Counted from the stretch's first letter, positions 48,305-58,243 are shown. The stretch is 64,000 nt of DNA from an uncultured Pseudomonadota bacterium (GCA_963836235.1 CAWIIP010000005.1:224001-288000), one strand, 5' to 3'. Notes: a model not told the origin generated them from the sequence alone. Made by a program: numbers and translations.

Positions 48305-49410
48305 GTAGACCTAATGTTCATGGATTGCCCCGGTTTTTGAGAAAGGACGCCGGGGGTTATTTTCTGGATTACTTTGTCCAAGAGGAAGGAGTGAGAAAAA
48401 GGAAAAGGGTTCGTTTGGGATTCATTCCACTGGCCCAGGCTAAGCGGGTCTTGGCTCAACACACGCAAGAAATTGTGGAGCAAAGATTTATAGCCTTAGA
48501 GAAGCCGAAAGTCACGTTCATGGAAGCGGCGGATTCGTTTTTGGCCTATTCATCGGCCAGGAAAAAAAGCCACAGGAACGACGCGCAGATCGTCACCCGA
48601 CTTAAGGCTTTTTTTGGGAACCGGTCTTTGGAGAGCCTGACGCCCGATCTTGTTGAGGCTTACCTGACTCAAAGGCAGAAAGAGGGTAACAAGCTTCACA
48701 AGAGGGATTTCCTGACAGGCTCAACACTTAATCGGGATATTGCCTGCCTAAAAACCATTATTCGTAGAGCGGTTTTAAACAGGCGGATTGAGCGTAATCC
48801 AATCGAGGGAGTGCGGCGGTTCAAGGAGTATTCTCGCGATAGGACGTTGACCCAACAGGAACTGCAAGACTTTCTGGCGGTTTGCTCGCCCCATTTAAGG
48901 TCCATCGTGGAGCTAGCCTATTTAAGCGGCATGAGACGCGGTGAAATTCTTGGTTTAAGGTGGGATCAGATCGACTTCAAGAACAAGGTTATTGTTTTGG
49001 AAGCCGCCGACACCAAGACCCAGGAAAAGAGGGAAATTCCGTTGAGTTCAAGACTGAATCAGCTTTTCCAGCGGATACCCAAGACTTTGGGAAATCCATT
49101 TGTGTTTACTTACAAAGGTAAACGCATTGGAAATATCAGAAATGCCTTCAAACGAGTTTGCCGCAAGGCGGGGATCAAGGATTTTCGGTTCCATGATTTC
49201 AGGCATTGCGCGGTGACCAACTTGAGGAAGGCGGGGGTGAGTGATTCGGTTATCATGTCCATTTCGGGCCATAAGACCCATGCTGTTTTTAGAAAATATG
49301 ACCGAGTGGATCGGGATGACCGGCAGGAAGCTTTTCGGCGTGTTGAAAGTTTGATTGACACGGATATGACACGTCAAGAAAATCCTATCCCGCAAGAGGC
49401 AGGTTCGTAG
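48301..49410 (+). CDS. int: Tyrosine integrase
   Basis: SGMRRGEILGLRW, TKT, FHDFRH, SGHKT, RKY; adjacent to tRNA. Confidence 0.95.
   Translation: MSRPNVHGLPRFLRKDAGGYFLDYFVQEEGVRKRKRVRLGFIPLAQAKRVLAQHTQEIVEQRFIALEKPKVTFMEAADSFLAYSSARKKSHRNDAQIVTRLKAFFGNRSLESLTPDLVEAYLTQRQKEGNKLHKRDFLTGSTLNRDIACLKTIIRRAVLNRRIERNPIEGVRRFKEYSRDRTLTQQELQDFLAVCSPHLRSIVELAYLSGMRRGEILGLRWDQIDFKNKVIVLEAADTKTQEKREIPLSSRLNQLFQRIPKTLGNPFVFTYKGKRIGNIRNAFKRVCRKAGIKDFRFHDFRHCAVTNLRKAGVSDSVIMSISGHKTHAVFRKYDRVDRDDRQEAFRRVESLIDTDMTRQENPIPQEAGS
49355..49373 (+). repeat. Putative integrase arm-type site (TGACACG x2)
   Basis: TTGACACGGATATGACACG; 18/19 to 12286-12304. Confidence 0.65.
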
Positions 49411-49445
49411 TTTAAAAGTATTGTTTTAAAAGAAACTTTCGAGCG

Positions 49446-49522
49446 GTGCCCATAGCTCAATTGGATAGAGCTTCTGACTTCGGATCAGAAGGTTGCAGGT
49501 TCAAGTCCTGCTGGGCACACCA
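49446..49522 (+). tRNA. tRNA-Arg (anticodon TCG)
   Basis: Acceptor GTGCCCA/TGGGCAC, anticodon arm TCTGA-CTTCGGA-TCAGA, T arm GCAGG-TTCAAGT-CCTGC, encoded CCA. Confidence 0.95.
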
Positions 49523-49753
49523 TCTATCCACAGAAGATATGGCAAACAAAGTTTGCCGTTAAACAGAGGATGGCGTTGTACCAATTTCCATAGTGTTTGT
49601 CTTTTAAGAAAATTGGTACACACCATTATTCCAATACCATTCAAAGCCTCCGCCTTGTTGATCCCTTTATTTCCTGTGAAAACTTCTTGTAAAAACTGCT
49701 TTATTTTGGACTAATGCTTGCAAGTTTAGCCTTTACTACCAGGAGGTCTTATC

Positions 49754-50032
49754 GTGACGAAGAGTGAAATGCAGATGACGTTGGCGACGGCGACGGGTTT
49801 TAAGAAGAAAGATATCGAAAATATGCTACAGGCCCTGAACGACCTGATTTACAAAACCTTGAAAAAAGAAAAGGTAATCAAGCTCGACGGCCTCGGCGTG
49901 TTCCAATTGAAGGATCGCAAAGCCCGCATGGGCCGCAATCCCGCCACCGGCGAAACCATCAAGATCGCCGCCAAGCGGGTCGTCAAGTTCCGCGTGGTCA
50001 AGGCCTTGAAGGATGAGGTTCTGGGAAAATAA
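49754..50032 (+). CDS. hup: HU family DNA-binding protein
   Basis: MTKSE, GLGVF, RKARMGRNPATGETIKI.AK.VVKF. Confidence 0.92.
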   Translation: MTKSEMQMTLATATGFKKKDIENMLQALNDLIYKTLKKEKVIKLDGLGVFQLKDRKARMGRNPATGETIKIAAKRVVKFRVVKALKDEVLGK

Positions 50033-50275
50033 TTCGGCCCCGCGAATAAGCATCGCAGACGCTGGACTTCGGAGTGCTGATGCGAAAATCATAAAGCATC
50101 AGCGCTCCTTTTTTTTGACCTTTTTCCCCTCGCTTAAAACCGAGGAGTTGTCGGTTGGGCGGTTTTTAAAAAACTTGTTGAACTCGTTGTTTCCCCTCCG
50201 AATTTTTGGTTGCCGTCATACGGTTTTTTTTAACCACGACCCTTTGCATCACTTTGATAGCCAAAGAGAAATTCC

Positions 50276-50503
50276 TTACCGCAGATCGGCGCTCGTCTTG
50301 AAGCCCCATTTTTTCCAGGTTTGGGCGCGGGTATAGAAGGTACTGTCCTTATGTAAAAAGCCGGTGTTTTCCTGACCGAGAGAAATAATGCCTTCCGCCT
50401 CGGCGGCCATTAAGGCTTCCATGTGATCGAAACCCGTATAGGTCTTCCCCGTGAAGGGATCCAGTACGGCGGGTTTAAAGTCGGATTTTCGAAAGGGTTT
50501 CAT
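50276..50503 (-). CDS. Hypothetical protein
   Basis: 75-aa ORF. Confidence 0.45.
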   Translation of the reverse strand: MKPFRKSDFKPAVLDPFTGKTYTGFDHMEALMAAEAEGIISLGQENTGFLHKDSTFYTRAQTWKKWGFKTSADLR

Positions 50504-50525
50504 GCCCTTATCCTATCGCCCCGCT

Positions 50526-50562
50526 AAAAAAAGGCCCGTGCCCCAAAGGGGCCGGGCCTTTT
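50526..50562. terminator. Intrinsic terminator
   Basis: A7-GGCCCG...CGGGCC-T4 hairpin downstream of the TolB-like gene. Confidence 0.7.
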
Positions 50563-50577
50563 GAAACCGGAAGGTCT

Positions 50578-52134
50578 TTAAAAAGCCCCGTAAGAGGTTC
50601 CCACCAAATCCACCTGGTTGCTGCCGTCCAGGTTCATCCGATAAATCTGGGGGGTCCCGTTCGGCACGCCGGAGCGGCCATAGGTGTAAAACAAAATGCT
50701 TCGGCTGTCCGGGGTATAGATCGGCATGAGGTCACCGTAGCCGTTGTTGGACAGGTTGGTGACGTTCGATCCGTCGGGGTTCATCACGTAGATCTGGTTC
50801 TTCCCCGTTCTTTGGGAATCAAAAGCGATATGCGTCCCGTCGATGGACCAGCAGGGTGACTCGTTGTTGTTGGTGGCGGTCAATTGCGCCTGGCCGCTGC
50901 CGTCCGGGTTCATCACCCAGATATCGTCCCCTTTGGCGAAGGCGATCTTGGTCCCGTCTGGCGACCAGGAAGGCTGGTCGTTAGTGTTGGGGTCGCTCGT
51001 CAATTGGGTCACGTTGGACCCGTCGGGGTTCATGGTGTATAGTTCGAACCAGCCGATGCCGGACCGGGAGGAGGAAAAACAAATTTTAGTACCGTCCGGC
51101 GACCAGCAAGGCCGGCGGTCCTGGTAAATGCCCGGATTGGTCAGCTGGGTTTGGTTACTTCCGTCCGCGTTCATCGTCCAGATGGCCCACCCTCCCACAA
51201 ACTCAGAATTCCAGACGATTTTCGTCTGACCCATGTTGAAACGGGGATCGATATCCACCCCACCATGGGCCGTCAATTGCACGGGATCGGACCCATCCGC
51301 GTTCATGACGACGATCCCGTCAGGACCTGGGAAGGCACCCTCAAAGACGATCTTATAAGTGGGAACCGGGGTTGGGGTATTGGTAGGGCTTAAGGTGACG
51401 GTGTTTGTCGCCGTGGTTGTGAGGGTGCCGCTGGGCGTCAAGGTCGGCGTGGCGGTGGCGGTCAAGGTGGCGCTGTTGGTGGGCGTCGGCGTGGCGGTCG
51501 CCACGCGGGTATTGGCGTTCACCCGGCGGATATTGGAGGTGGCGCAGGTCGTCCCCGTCGTAGTGTCGTAAACCTGCACCTTCAACTGCGTGGGGATGTT
51601 GGCGGTCAGGGCGATTTCCAGGCCCAGGGGCAGGGTGGAAACCGTTACGGTGGAGGGGATGGGGACAATCACGTTATTGTTGGCGTCCAATACCCGCAGG
51701 CCCACGGTCGTGGAGCTACAGCCGTTGGGCAGCTTTCCCCGAAGGGTGATATGGGCGTTCAGGGCCTGGTTCCCCGTCCCCGCGTTCAACAGGACTACCG
51801 AGTTGAAGCGGATTTTCAGAGGTGCGCAGGTGGTACAGCTGGGGGCCGCGTCGGCGACCGCCGAAGCCGTTTCCGAGGGTGAGGAGGTGAGGGCCAAATC
51901 CTGTAAGTCCTCATCCGTCAAAAGATCGGAATCGTCCTCGATGGTCGGAGTTTCATGGGCCGGTGAACCGGACGGGGTCAGCGAGGGACTGGGAAAGCCG
52001 GAAGCGTTCGTCACCGGCGCGACCATGGCGGAAGTCGCGGCCGTGGGCTGGCTGGAGCTGGAGCTGTTGGAACAGGAAATGGCGGCAATGGTTCCCACCA
52101 GAATCAGCAATGGAATAAATATTTTTTTCAGCAT
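50578..52134 (-). CDS. Lipoprotein with TolB-like (PD40/DUF5050) propeller
   Basis: Lipobox AISC; repeated P.WSPDGTKI.F and MNPDGS..TQLT. Confidence 0.85.
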   Translation of the reverse strand: MLKKIFIPLLILVGTIAAISCSNSSSSSQPTAATSAMVAPVTNASGFPSPSLTPSGSPAHETPTIEDDSDLLTDEDLQDLALTSSPSETASAVADAAPSCTTCAPLKIRFNSVVLLNAGTGNQALNAHITLRGKLPNGCSSTTVGLRVLDANNNVIVPIPSTVTVSTLPLGLEIALTANIPTQLKVQVYDTTTGTTCATSNIRRVNANTRVATATPTPTNSATLTATATPTLTPSGTLTTTATNTVTLSPTNTPTPVPTYKIVFEGAFPGPDGIVVMNADGSDPVQLTAHGGVDIDPRFNMGQTKIVWNSEFVGGWAIWTMNADGSNQTQLTNPGIYQDRRPCWSPDGTKICFSSSRSGIGWFELYTMNPDGSNVTQLTSDPNTNDQPSWSPDGTKIAFAKGDDIWVMNPDGSGQAQLTATNNNESPCWSIDGTHIAFDSQRTGKNQIYVMNPDGSNVTNLSNNGYGDLMPIYTPDSRSILFYTYGRSGVPNGTPQIYRMNLDGSNQVDLVGTSYGAF

Positions 52135-52274
52135 AAGGTCCTCCCTAGATAAAAATTTGAAGAGTCAAAATTATAATCCGGGCGCAAACAGACTCAAGTT
52201 AAATGGAAGTGAAGGAACCGAAAAAGGTTCAAAATCATTTCAAGAAACGTTTCAAGCCCTGGAGAATGAACCTT

Positions 52275-53004
52275 CTAATAACTAGCCGAAGCGACGTTAC
52301 TGGTGATCAGGTAGGAACTTGTCTGGGCTTCCGGAAAAGCGGCGGTGGAAAATTGGGAGATGTTCAGGTTGACTGCGTCGTTTCCCGCTCCCGGCGTCTC
52401 ATCGCTAAAAACGCTGTTGGCAATGATATAGGGGTTGCTGGACAAAACCGGGCCCAGATAGAGCTTGATCGAAGGGCTGTCTACATAAGCAAAACTGCGG
52501 TTCCCCACCCCGTTGGACCAGGAACAGGTCACCCCCGCCGAACCGCTCGAAGGCTGAACCACCGGGTTGGCAGCGATCCCGGTAATCGAGGCCGAATAGG
52601 TTGCCGAGCCGACCGATATCTGGAATTGATAGGCTTGCCACGCCGTGTAGGTGATGGGGCTGTTGGAAAAAAACTGGCCCGTGATGTAGGGCGCCCCCAA
52701 AAAGGTTACCGCCGACGAGTTGCTCAGGGGCCAGGGCACCGGGGTCAGGGGGATGGTGACGCCGTTGCTGAAGACTGTCACACTCGTGTTGGCTGTTCCC
52801 GTGGTGCCCGTGCTGTCCGAAACGATGGCGTCAACGATTTGGGTGGCTCCGTTTTCCACCAGGATGCCCACGATCACCGGGCCCGTGGGGTGGGTGTGGC
52901 GGTGTTTTCGGGGGGGCCGTCGGGCTGTTCTTTGCCGGACAGCCGAGGATGAAAAGAGTCGAACCCGTCAAAAGCCCCCATAGCCCCATCGCACAAAGTT
53001 TCAT
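52275..53004 (-). pseudogene. Frameshifted lipoprotein gene (or assembly indel)
   Basis: ATG 53004 gives signal plus ILGC lipobox; frame breaks in C runs at ~52885-52916 before VIVGILVENG. Confidence 0.55.
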
Positions 53005-53232
53005 AGAACCACCTGATATGTCAGTTAAAATGACCGGTTCATTATAGGCCCAAAACCGGCCTCTTTTTCAAAACCGGCCTTTTTTTGGTAAAACCCTGAA
53101 AATCACTTAACCCGGCATCATCTTTCAACCTGATCTAAATCATGCTCTTCTGACCGTTGGATGCTTAGGATAATAGTGTCTTGGGGTAAATTCGCACCCC
53201 CGTAAAAAATCTAGCGACAAGGAAGAAGCTTC

Positions 53233-53505
53233 ATGAACCCTTGGAAAATTATCGCGGAAGAGGAAAAATCGTTTGCGGAAGGCCTTCGCCGACTCATCCT
53301 CCTTCGCAGCCCTCATCCCATGGATCCCTATAAGGTTTATGGCCTGGTCAAGCGCGCGGGTTCTTGGCTAGTGGTGGATAGGTTCCAAGTCCCCGGTACT
53401 ACCGGCACGGAGGCTCCCGATTGGGCCTTCCGTCAAGCTTGGCCACAATTTCTAGCCCACAAAGGCAAGGAACATGGTTTAGGTGTGTTGATGCACAAGT
53501 CATAA
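53233..53505 (+). CDS. Hypothetical protein, paralog of 10148-10429
   Basis: PYKVYGL and WAF.QAWP.F shared. Confidence 0.65.
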   Translation: MNPWKIIAEEEKSFAEGLRRLILLRSPHPMDPYKVYGLVKRAGSWLVVDRFQVPGTTGTEAPDWAFRQAWPQFLAHKGKEHGLGVLMHKS

Positions 53506-53641
53506 AGCATCAACATCGTTATTTAATTCGAATAGCTTAAAAACATTCCAGAGTAAATAAGCCATTTTTTTTAGTTCCCTGCTTCTGTCGCAAATACCCC
53601 TTCCCATAATTTCTCGAAACCCAGTTTACGGAGACTGTCGA

Positions 53642-53836
53642 TTAACGGTCGTTTTTCTTGAGAAGTTTAATGACTTTTTCCAGAGGCACGGCCTTTTCGT
53701 TTTTTCGTTGGGCGATTGCCTTCAAATCCTGCAGGTCATCCTTCAATTTTTCGTAGAGCTCGTGGATCATCTGTATCCCTTTTTGTTTGCCCTTCTTCTC
53801 CCCGCGGTCTTCCGGGTTCGGCTCTTGAATTTTCAT
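53642..53836 (-). CDS. Small hypothetical (antitoxin-like)
   Basis: YEKL..DLQDLKAIA.RKNEK.VPLE.V pattern. Confidence 0.35.
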   Translation of the reverse strand: MKIQEPNPEDRGEKKGKQKGIQMIHELYEKLKDDLQDLKAIAQRKNEKAVPLEKVIKLLKKNDR

Positions 53837-54040
53837 TGAGTTCTCCCAGGCCGATCATATCAGAATCCATCTCTTACCGTAGGTCCGAACCCAAAACCTA
53901 AAGTGTCGAATGTTGGCCCGGCTTATCTTCCCCAATAAAGGAATAACTTTTCGCGTCAAGGATGACCGACGGGAGATCGTTCCCTCAATAAAAAAGCGCC
54001 CAACCCTTGGGCGCCCTTCTTAAGCGTTGTTCTTCGGCCT

Positions 54041-54674
54041 TTAACCCCTCAGGAGGACCACCGTGCGCCTTCTTTTTCTCAGGGACCCCAAGCGGAATCG
54101 GCGCAGGTGGTATCCCAGGATCAAAGAGGGAACAGCCGAGGCCAGTGCGTAGAGGGCGACGGTCCAGGCGAGGCTACCACTTTCCGTTCCCTGCCAAAGG
54201 AGGGCCGCTCCGAAAACGAGGGAGAGAAGTCCGGCATAAAAAAGTGCCGGCCGACGGTCCCGATATTCGGTTCCCCGCAGACCCTGGTTCATCTCCATCA
54301 AACCTGACAGAATGGCCCAGGCGGCAATCCAATAAAGAAGGATCAAGATGGAAAGGCCGGGCCGCATCAAAGACAGGAGGCCCAAACCGATCGTCATCAT
54401 CCCTCCCCCGGCCAGTGCCCACCAGCGGTGGCCTTCGCCGAAGTCCTGAATCCCCTAGAAGGATAGAAAAAAGTCCCTCTAAAAAAGCGTAAAAGCCTAG
54501 CAAAAGAGCCAACATCACCATTAACTCGATGGGTCTGATCAGGCGAGAGAAACCAAATGTATCCCCATATCTTTCCCCGCTCCCCAAAAGCCACAGGGAG
54601 GCCAGCCCTAGGAACAGGCCCAGCGTCCCCCGGAGCATCAATATCCACCAAACCTTTGATGTTAAATGTCTCAT
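54041..54674 (-). pseudogene. HdeD/DUF308 membrane protein with single frameshift
   Basis: WWILMLRG...GFYAFLEG and YWIAAWAILSG in different frames; 634 nt; removing one base of the run at 54452-54455 restores the frame. Confidence 0.7.
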
Positions 54675-54683
54675 GGCATCCTC

Positions 54684-55136
54684 CTAGTCTTCCCGCTCGT
54701 CCACCCCCACGAGAAAAATTTCCTCCACCCGATGGATGGCCGAGCGGAACTCGTCGAAGTCGGCCGGTTTCATCACATAATAATTGGCCCCCGCCTCATA
54801 GGCCTGCCGAACGTCCTCCTCCGACCGGGAGTTGGTCAGAATCACGACCGGGATATCCCGGAGCAAGGGATCGGCCTTGAGCTCCGCGAGAACATCAAAA
54901 CCGTTCTTCAGGGGCAAATTCAGGTCCAACAGGATCAGGTCGGGCCGATTGCTGGGCTTGAACCCGCCCTGCCCCCGCAGGTGGTCCATAACCTCATCCC
55001 CATTATTCAGGCTGACTAGCCAAATATGCCTCTTGGATGTTTTGAACGCTTCCATGACCAGGGCGGCGTCGGCCAGATTATCCTCGGCCAACAGGACTTT
55101 GATCAAACGCGGGATCGTTTCGGTGGGGGAAACCAT
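54684..55136 (-). CDS. Single-domain response regulator (Rcp1-like)
   Basis: LLAEDN, PDLILLDLNLP.KNG, IPVVILT.S, ANYYVMKP. Confidence 0.9.
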   Translation of the reverse strand: MVSPTETIPRLIKVLLAEDNLADAALVMEAFKTSKRHIWLVSLNNGDEVMDHLRGQGGFKPSNRPDLILLDLNLPLKNGFDVLAELKADPLLRDIPVVILTNSRSEEDVRQAYEAGANYYVMKPADFDEFRSAIHRVEEIFLVGVDERED

Positions 55137-55599
55137 AGGCCCTCCTGTGGGCAACCCATGAAAAAAGAAGGAAGACGGCGGAGTTGGGAGCCGGTTCGAA
55201 ACCGGATTCAGCTCGGGGTTGAAAAACGGCCGCCGGAAGATAAGAAACGTCCCCAAAGACGCGGCGGCTTTGGGACCTTTAGGAACGCGGAGGAATATCC
55301 CGTACGACAGGTGGCTCCCGCCCTGTGAGGTATTCCCGCCCATTAAGTCTTGACTTTATTTTACCTCCAATTCGAACAAAGGGAATCCAAGTAAAACGGA
55401 TTTTTCCGGAAATCTTTTACCTAGAAATGGGGGAAAGTCTTGCGAACGATTTTAGGGAGGAATCTTTTTGTTCATTTCGTCCCCGCCACGAAAAGCACCA
55501 CGCGAAAAAGTGCCGCTTCTTTTCTTCCGCCCCTTGGCTTACCCGGGACTTCTGCCTAGGTTTAATTAAAGAATTAAGAACGAGTAAAAGGAGGACGTT

Positions 55600-56271
55600 A
55601 TGACACTACGATTAGGAGACACCGCTCCGGATTTCAAACAAGTCTCCACCGAAGGAGCCATTCATTTCCACGAGTGGGCGAAAAATTCCTGGGTCGTGTT
55701 TTTTTCCCACCCGGCGGATTTCACCCCGGTCTGCACCACCGAACTGGGAATGACAGCGAAGCTTTCCCGCGAGTTCAAGAAAAGGGGCGTCAAGGTCCTG
55801 GGGATTTCAGTAGACCCCTTGAGTTCCCACCTGCAGTGGATCGCCGACATCAACGAGACCCAAGGGGTTAAGGTCGATTTCCCCATCCTGGCGGACAAGG
55901 AGCGCAAAGTGGCCGAGCTTTACGATATGGTGGACCCCCGCTTCATGGTCCATTCCACCGTCCGTTCGGTCTTCATCATCGACCCCGAAATGAAAATCCG
56001 GGCCACGATCACCTACCCGGCCAGTACGGGTCGCAATTTCGATGAAATCCTGCGGGTGATCGACTCGCTCCAATTGACGGACAACTTCAAGGTGGCCACC
56101 CCGGTCAATTGGAAACCGGGCGACGAGGTCGTGATCCTGCCCACCCTGCAGGACGAAGCTGAGCTCAAACGGCGCTTTCCCAATGGCTATCGGACTGTCC
56201 GTCCTTATCTGCGGATGACCGCCGATCCAAAAGCGAGGATCCCCGAACCCACTATGCGGGGGGCGGTTTGA
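55600..56271 (+). CDS. 1-Cys peroxiredoxin (Prx6)
   Basis: FSHPADFTPVCTTE, GRNFDEILR, ATPVNW. Confidence 0.93.
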   Translation: MTLRLGDTAPDFKQVSTEGAIHFHEWAKNSWVVFFSHPADFTPVCTTELGMTAKLSREFKKRGVKVLGISVDPLSSHLQWIADINETQGVKVDFPILADKERKVAELYDMVDPRFMVHSTVRSVFIIDPEMKIRATITYPASTGRNFDEILRVIDSLQLTDNFKVATPVNWKPGDEVVILPTLQDEAELKRRFPNGYRTVRPYLRMTADPKARIPEPTMRGAV

Positions 56272-56470
56272 TCCGGATGACGGAAGAGGGGGAAGGCGAT
56301 CGGGCCTCCCCCTCGAGGCGGAACCGGAGTGGAAACCGCCCATAGCTTCCATTCTTGGCTCTTTGGAGTCGTCCCAATAGGCTTGGGCGAGTTTAGGACG
56401 GCTTCAGCGCTAACCTTCCATTTTTCCGGCTGCTAACCGGTTTACTTTGAATTCGCCCTATTCCAAAAAA

Positions 56471-57100
56471 TTATTTACCCAGCCCGAGGATTTGGCGCGC
56501 ATAAAGCCCACCTTCCACCGTGTCCAACATGAATTTGGCCAAAGCCCGGAAGGACATTTTTAAGGCCGCCGGGGGAAGAGTGCCGACCTGTGCGCGGTAT
56601 TGCTCGTTCGCGCCTTTGGCCAGCCAGTTGGGCCGGGCAATGGTCCAGTCCAAGGGACTTTCGGTCACGGCCTTTTCCATTTGTTTTAAGTCCTCCATGT
56701 GGTGGCGGGCCAGAGCGCTTAAAAACCGGATGTAAAGATTCTGTCCCGGGAACAGTCCCGACGAGGAGAAGAGGACTAACTTTGAGACCTTCGCTTTTTC
56801 CATAGCCAAAAGGGTGTTGGCGGCGAATCGTTCCATGGTCCAGGTTCTCTTGTTTAAGGCGGTGAAGATTTCCCCGGGTTTGGGCCCTAGCGCCGAAAGC
56901 ACGGCGTCATGCCCTTCCATGGCCTCTGCCATTGCCTGAATATCCTCCGGGCTTCCCTGGAGGACATGGAGATCTTTATCCGAGGCCGTGATTTTTTCTG
57001 GCGACCGGACGAAAGCGGTAACCCGATGGCCTTGTTTCAAGGCCAGGTCCACCAGTTCCATTCCAGTTTTCCCCGTGGCGCCGATGACGAATAAACGCAT
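56471..57100 (-). CDS. NAD(P)H-binding oxidoreductase (BVR-B/NAD_binding_10)
   Basis: GATGKTG, TAFVRSP, LDWTIARP. Confidence 0.85.
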   Translation of the reverse strand: MRLFVIGATGKTGMELVDLALKQGHRVTAFVRSPEKITASDKDLHVLQGSPEDIQAMAEAMEGHDAVLSALGPKPGEIFTALNKRTWTMERFAANTLLAMEKAKVSKLVLFSSSGLFPGQNLYIRFLSALARHHMEDLKQMEKAVTESPLDWTIARPNWLAKGANEQYRAQVGTLPPAALKMSFRALAKFMLDTVEGGLYARQILGLGK

Positions 57101-57280
57101 TGGTTGTTTCCTTCCCCGCGTAGTTTGACCCACTTTACCCGGGTTCAGCGCCTTAAAGTTGGATTTCAAGTTAAAGACGTGAAACACTTTGGCCCGTCAA
57201 GCCCGCCCCAGTTCCTTTGGGGCTCGACGAACGGGTTCCTGCGCGGATAACTTCACCCAAAGAGTCGGATTTGGCCCAGT

Positions 57281-57727
57281 TCAACTTGAAATCCGCAAGG
57301 TCGCCTCGCCCCTTTCTTCGTAGGCCTTGCGGAGTTTCTGGGCGATGGCGGGATTTTTCATGAGTAGGTTTTCGAAATTATGCTTCTCCAGGATGAAAAG
57401 CTCTGTGAGCATTTCCGCCACCACTGTGGCATTGCGGGGCGCGTTGGAGATCAGCGACATTTCGCCGAAATACTCGTCGGACCGCAGGCCCGCCACCCTC
57501 ACGCGGGTGGAACCCTTGTTTACCCAAACCGAAACCCGGCCGGAGGCGATGAGGTAAAAGGCGTCCCCGGGGGCGCCCTGCCGGATGATCTCGTAGCCCT
57601 TAAAGACCCGTACGGCGCGCAGGCAGGACATCAGTTTGTCCAGCTCCTTCGGGCCCATGTACTGCAGGAAATAGGCCTGCTGAAGCACGCGGCGAAGATG
57701 GCCGAAGATGGCGGAAGTGGGTTGCAT
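57281..57727 (-). CDS. Stand-alone cyclic-nucleotide-binding protein
   Basis: IRQGAPGDAFYLI, YFGEMSLISNAPRNATV. Confidence 0.85.
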   Translation of the reverse strand: MQPTSAIFGHLRRVLQQAYFLQYMGPKELDKLMSCLRAVRVFKGYEIIRQGAPGDAFYLIASGRVSVWVNKGSTRVRVAGLRSDEYFGEMSLISNAPRNATVVAEMLTELFILEKHNFENLLMKNPAIAQKLRKAYEERGEATLRISS

Positions 57728-57784
57728 AGGAACAGCCTCCAGGATGAATAAATCGAGGGACCAAGTTTATCCCTTTCATCATAA

Positions 57785-57994
57785 CTAAAAAAGATCTACA
57801 AGTTTTTTCAAAACATATAAGTCGAAAAAACCCCAAACCACCATATAAAGCCAAAAACCACCGGGGCTGGAACGCCGGTCCAGTCCAAAACCAAATCTAT
57901 CGCGAAAATAGCCCTGAGCCAGGGCAATTCCCATCTCGAAGATGATTCCTAGAAAGAGGGCCAGTAATAAAAACCTTTTGATCCAAAGTTTCAT
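57785..57994 (-). CDS. Small membrane protein
   Basis: Two hydrophobic segments; abuts upstream gene. Confidence 0.45.
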   Translation of the reverse strand: MKLWIKRFLLLALFLGIIFEMGIALAQGYFRDRFGFGLDRRSSPGGFWLYMVVWGFFDLYVLKKLVDLF

Positions 57995-58234
57995 TTAAAT
58001 GAAATGCCCCCAGATAGCGTAGGCCACTCCTAGCAATAAGAGGCCTAAAAGAATCCAAACGGTGGCGCTGATCCATGGCCGGGGACTAGAAAGAAGGCCC
58101 GGGCCGCTTTCGATACCCGAATCGGCATCTTCCTCCGCATCCCAGGCATCCGGCGCTTTCCAACCGCATTCAGGACAAGGCGCCCAGTCATAGGGTATTT
58201 CGGCCCCGCATTCCAAACAGGTGGTTTCGGCCAT
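57995..58234 (-). CDS. Zinc-ribbon membrane protein
   Basis: CLECG...CPECG plus C-terminal TM. Confidence 0.6.
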   Translation of the reverse strand: MAETTCLECGAEIPYDWAPCPECGWKAPDAWDAEEDADSGIESGPGLLSSPRPWISATVWILLGLLLLGVAYAIWGHFI

Positions 58235-58243
58235 GGGAACCTT

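Larger units (their letters stand above)
12069..49490. mobile_element. ~37.4-kb integrative (probably mobilizable) genomic island in tRNA-Arg
   Basis: 45-bp terminal direct repeats; integrase, xis, relaxase-like and T4CP genes at the right end; IS and TA cargo. Confidence 0.9.

Noticed and set aside
12069-49490. Prophage
   Set aside because: No terminase, capsid, tail or holin genes; the transfer core is T4CP/relaxase-like
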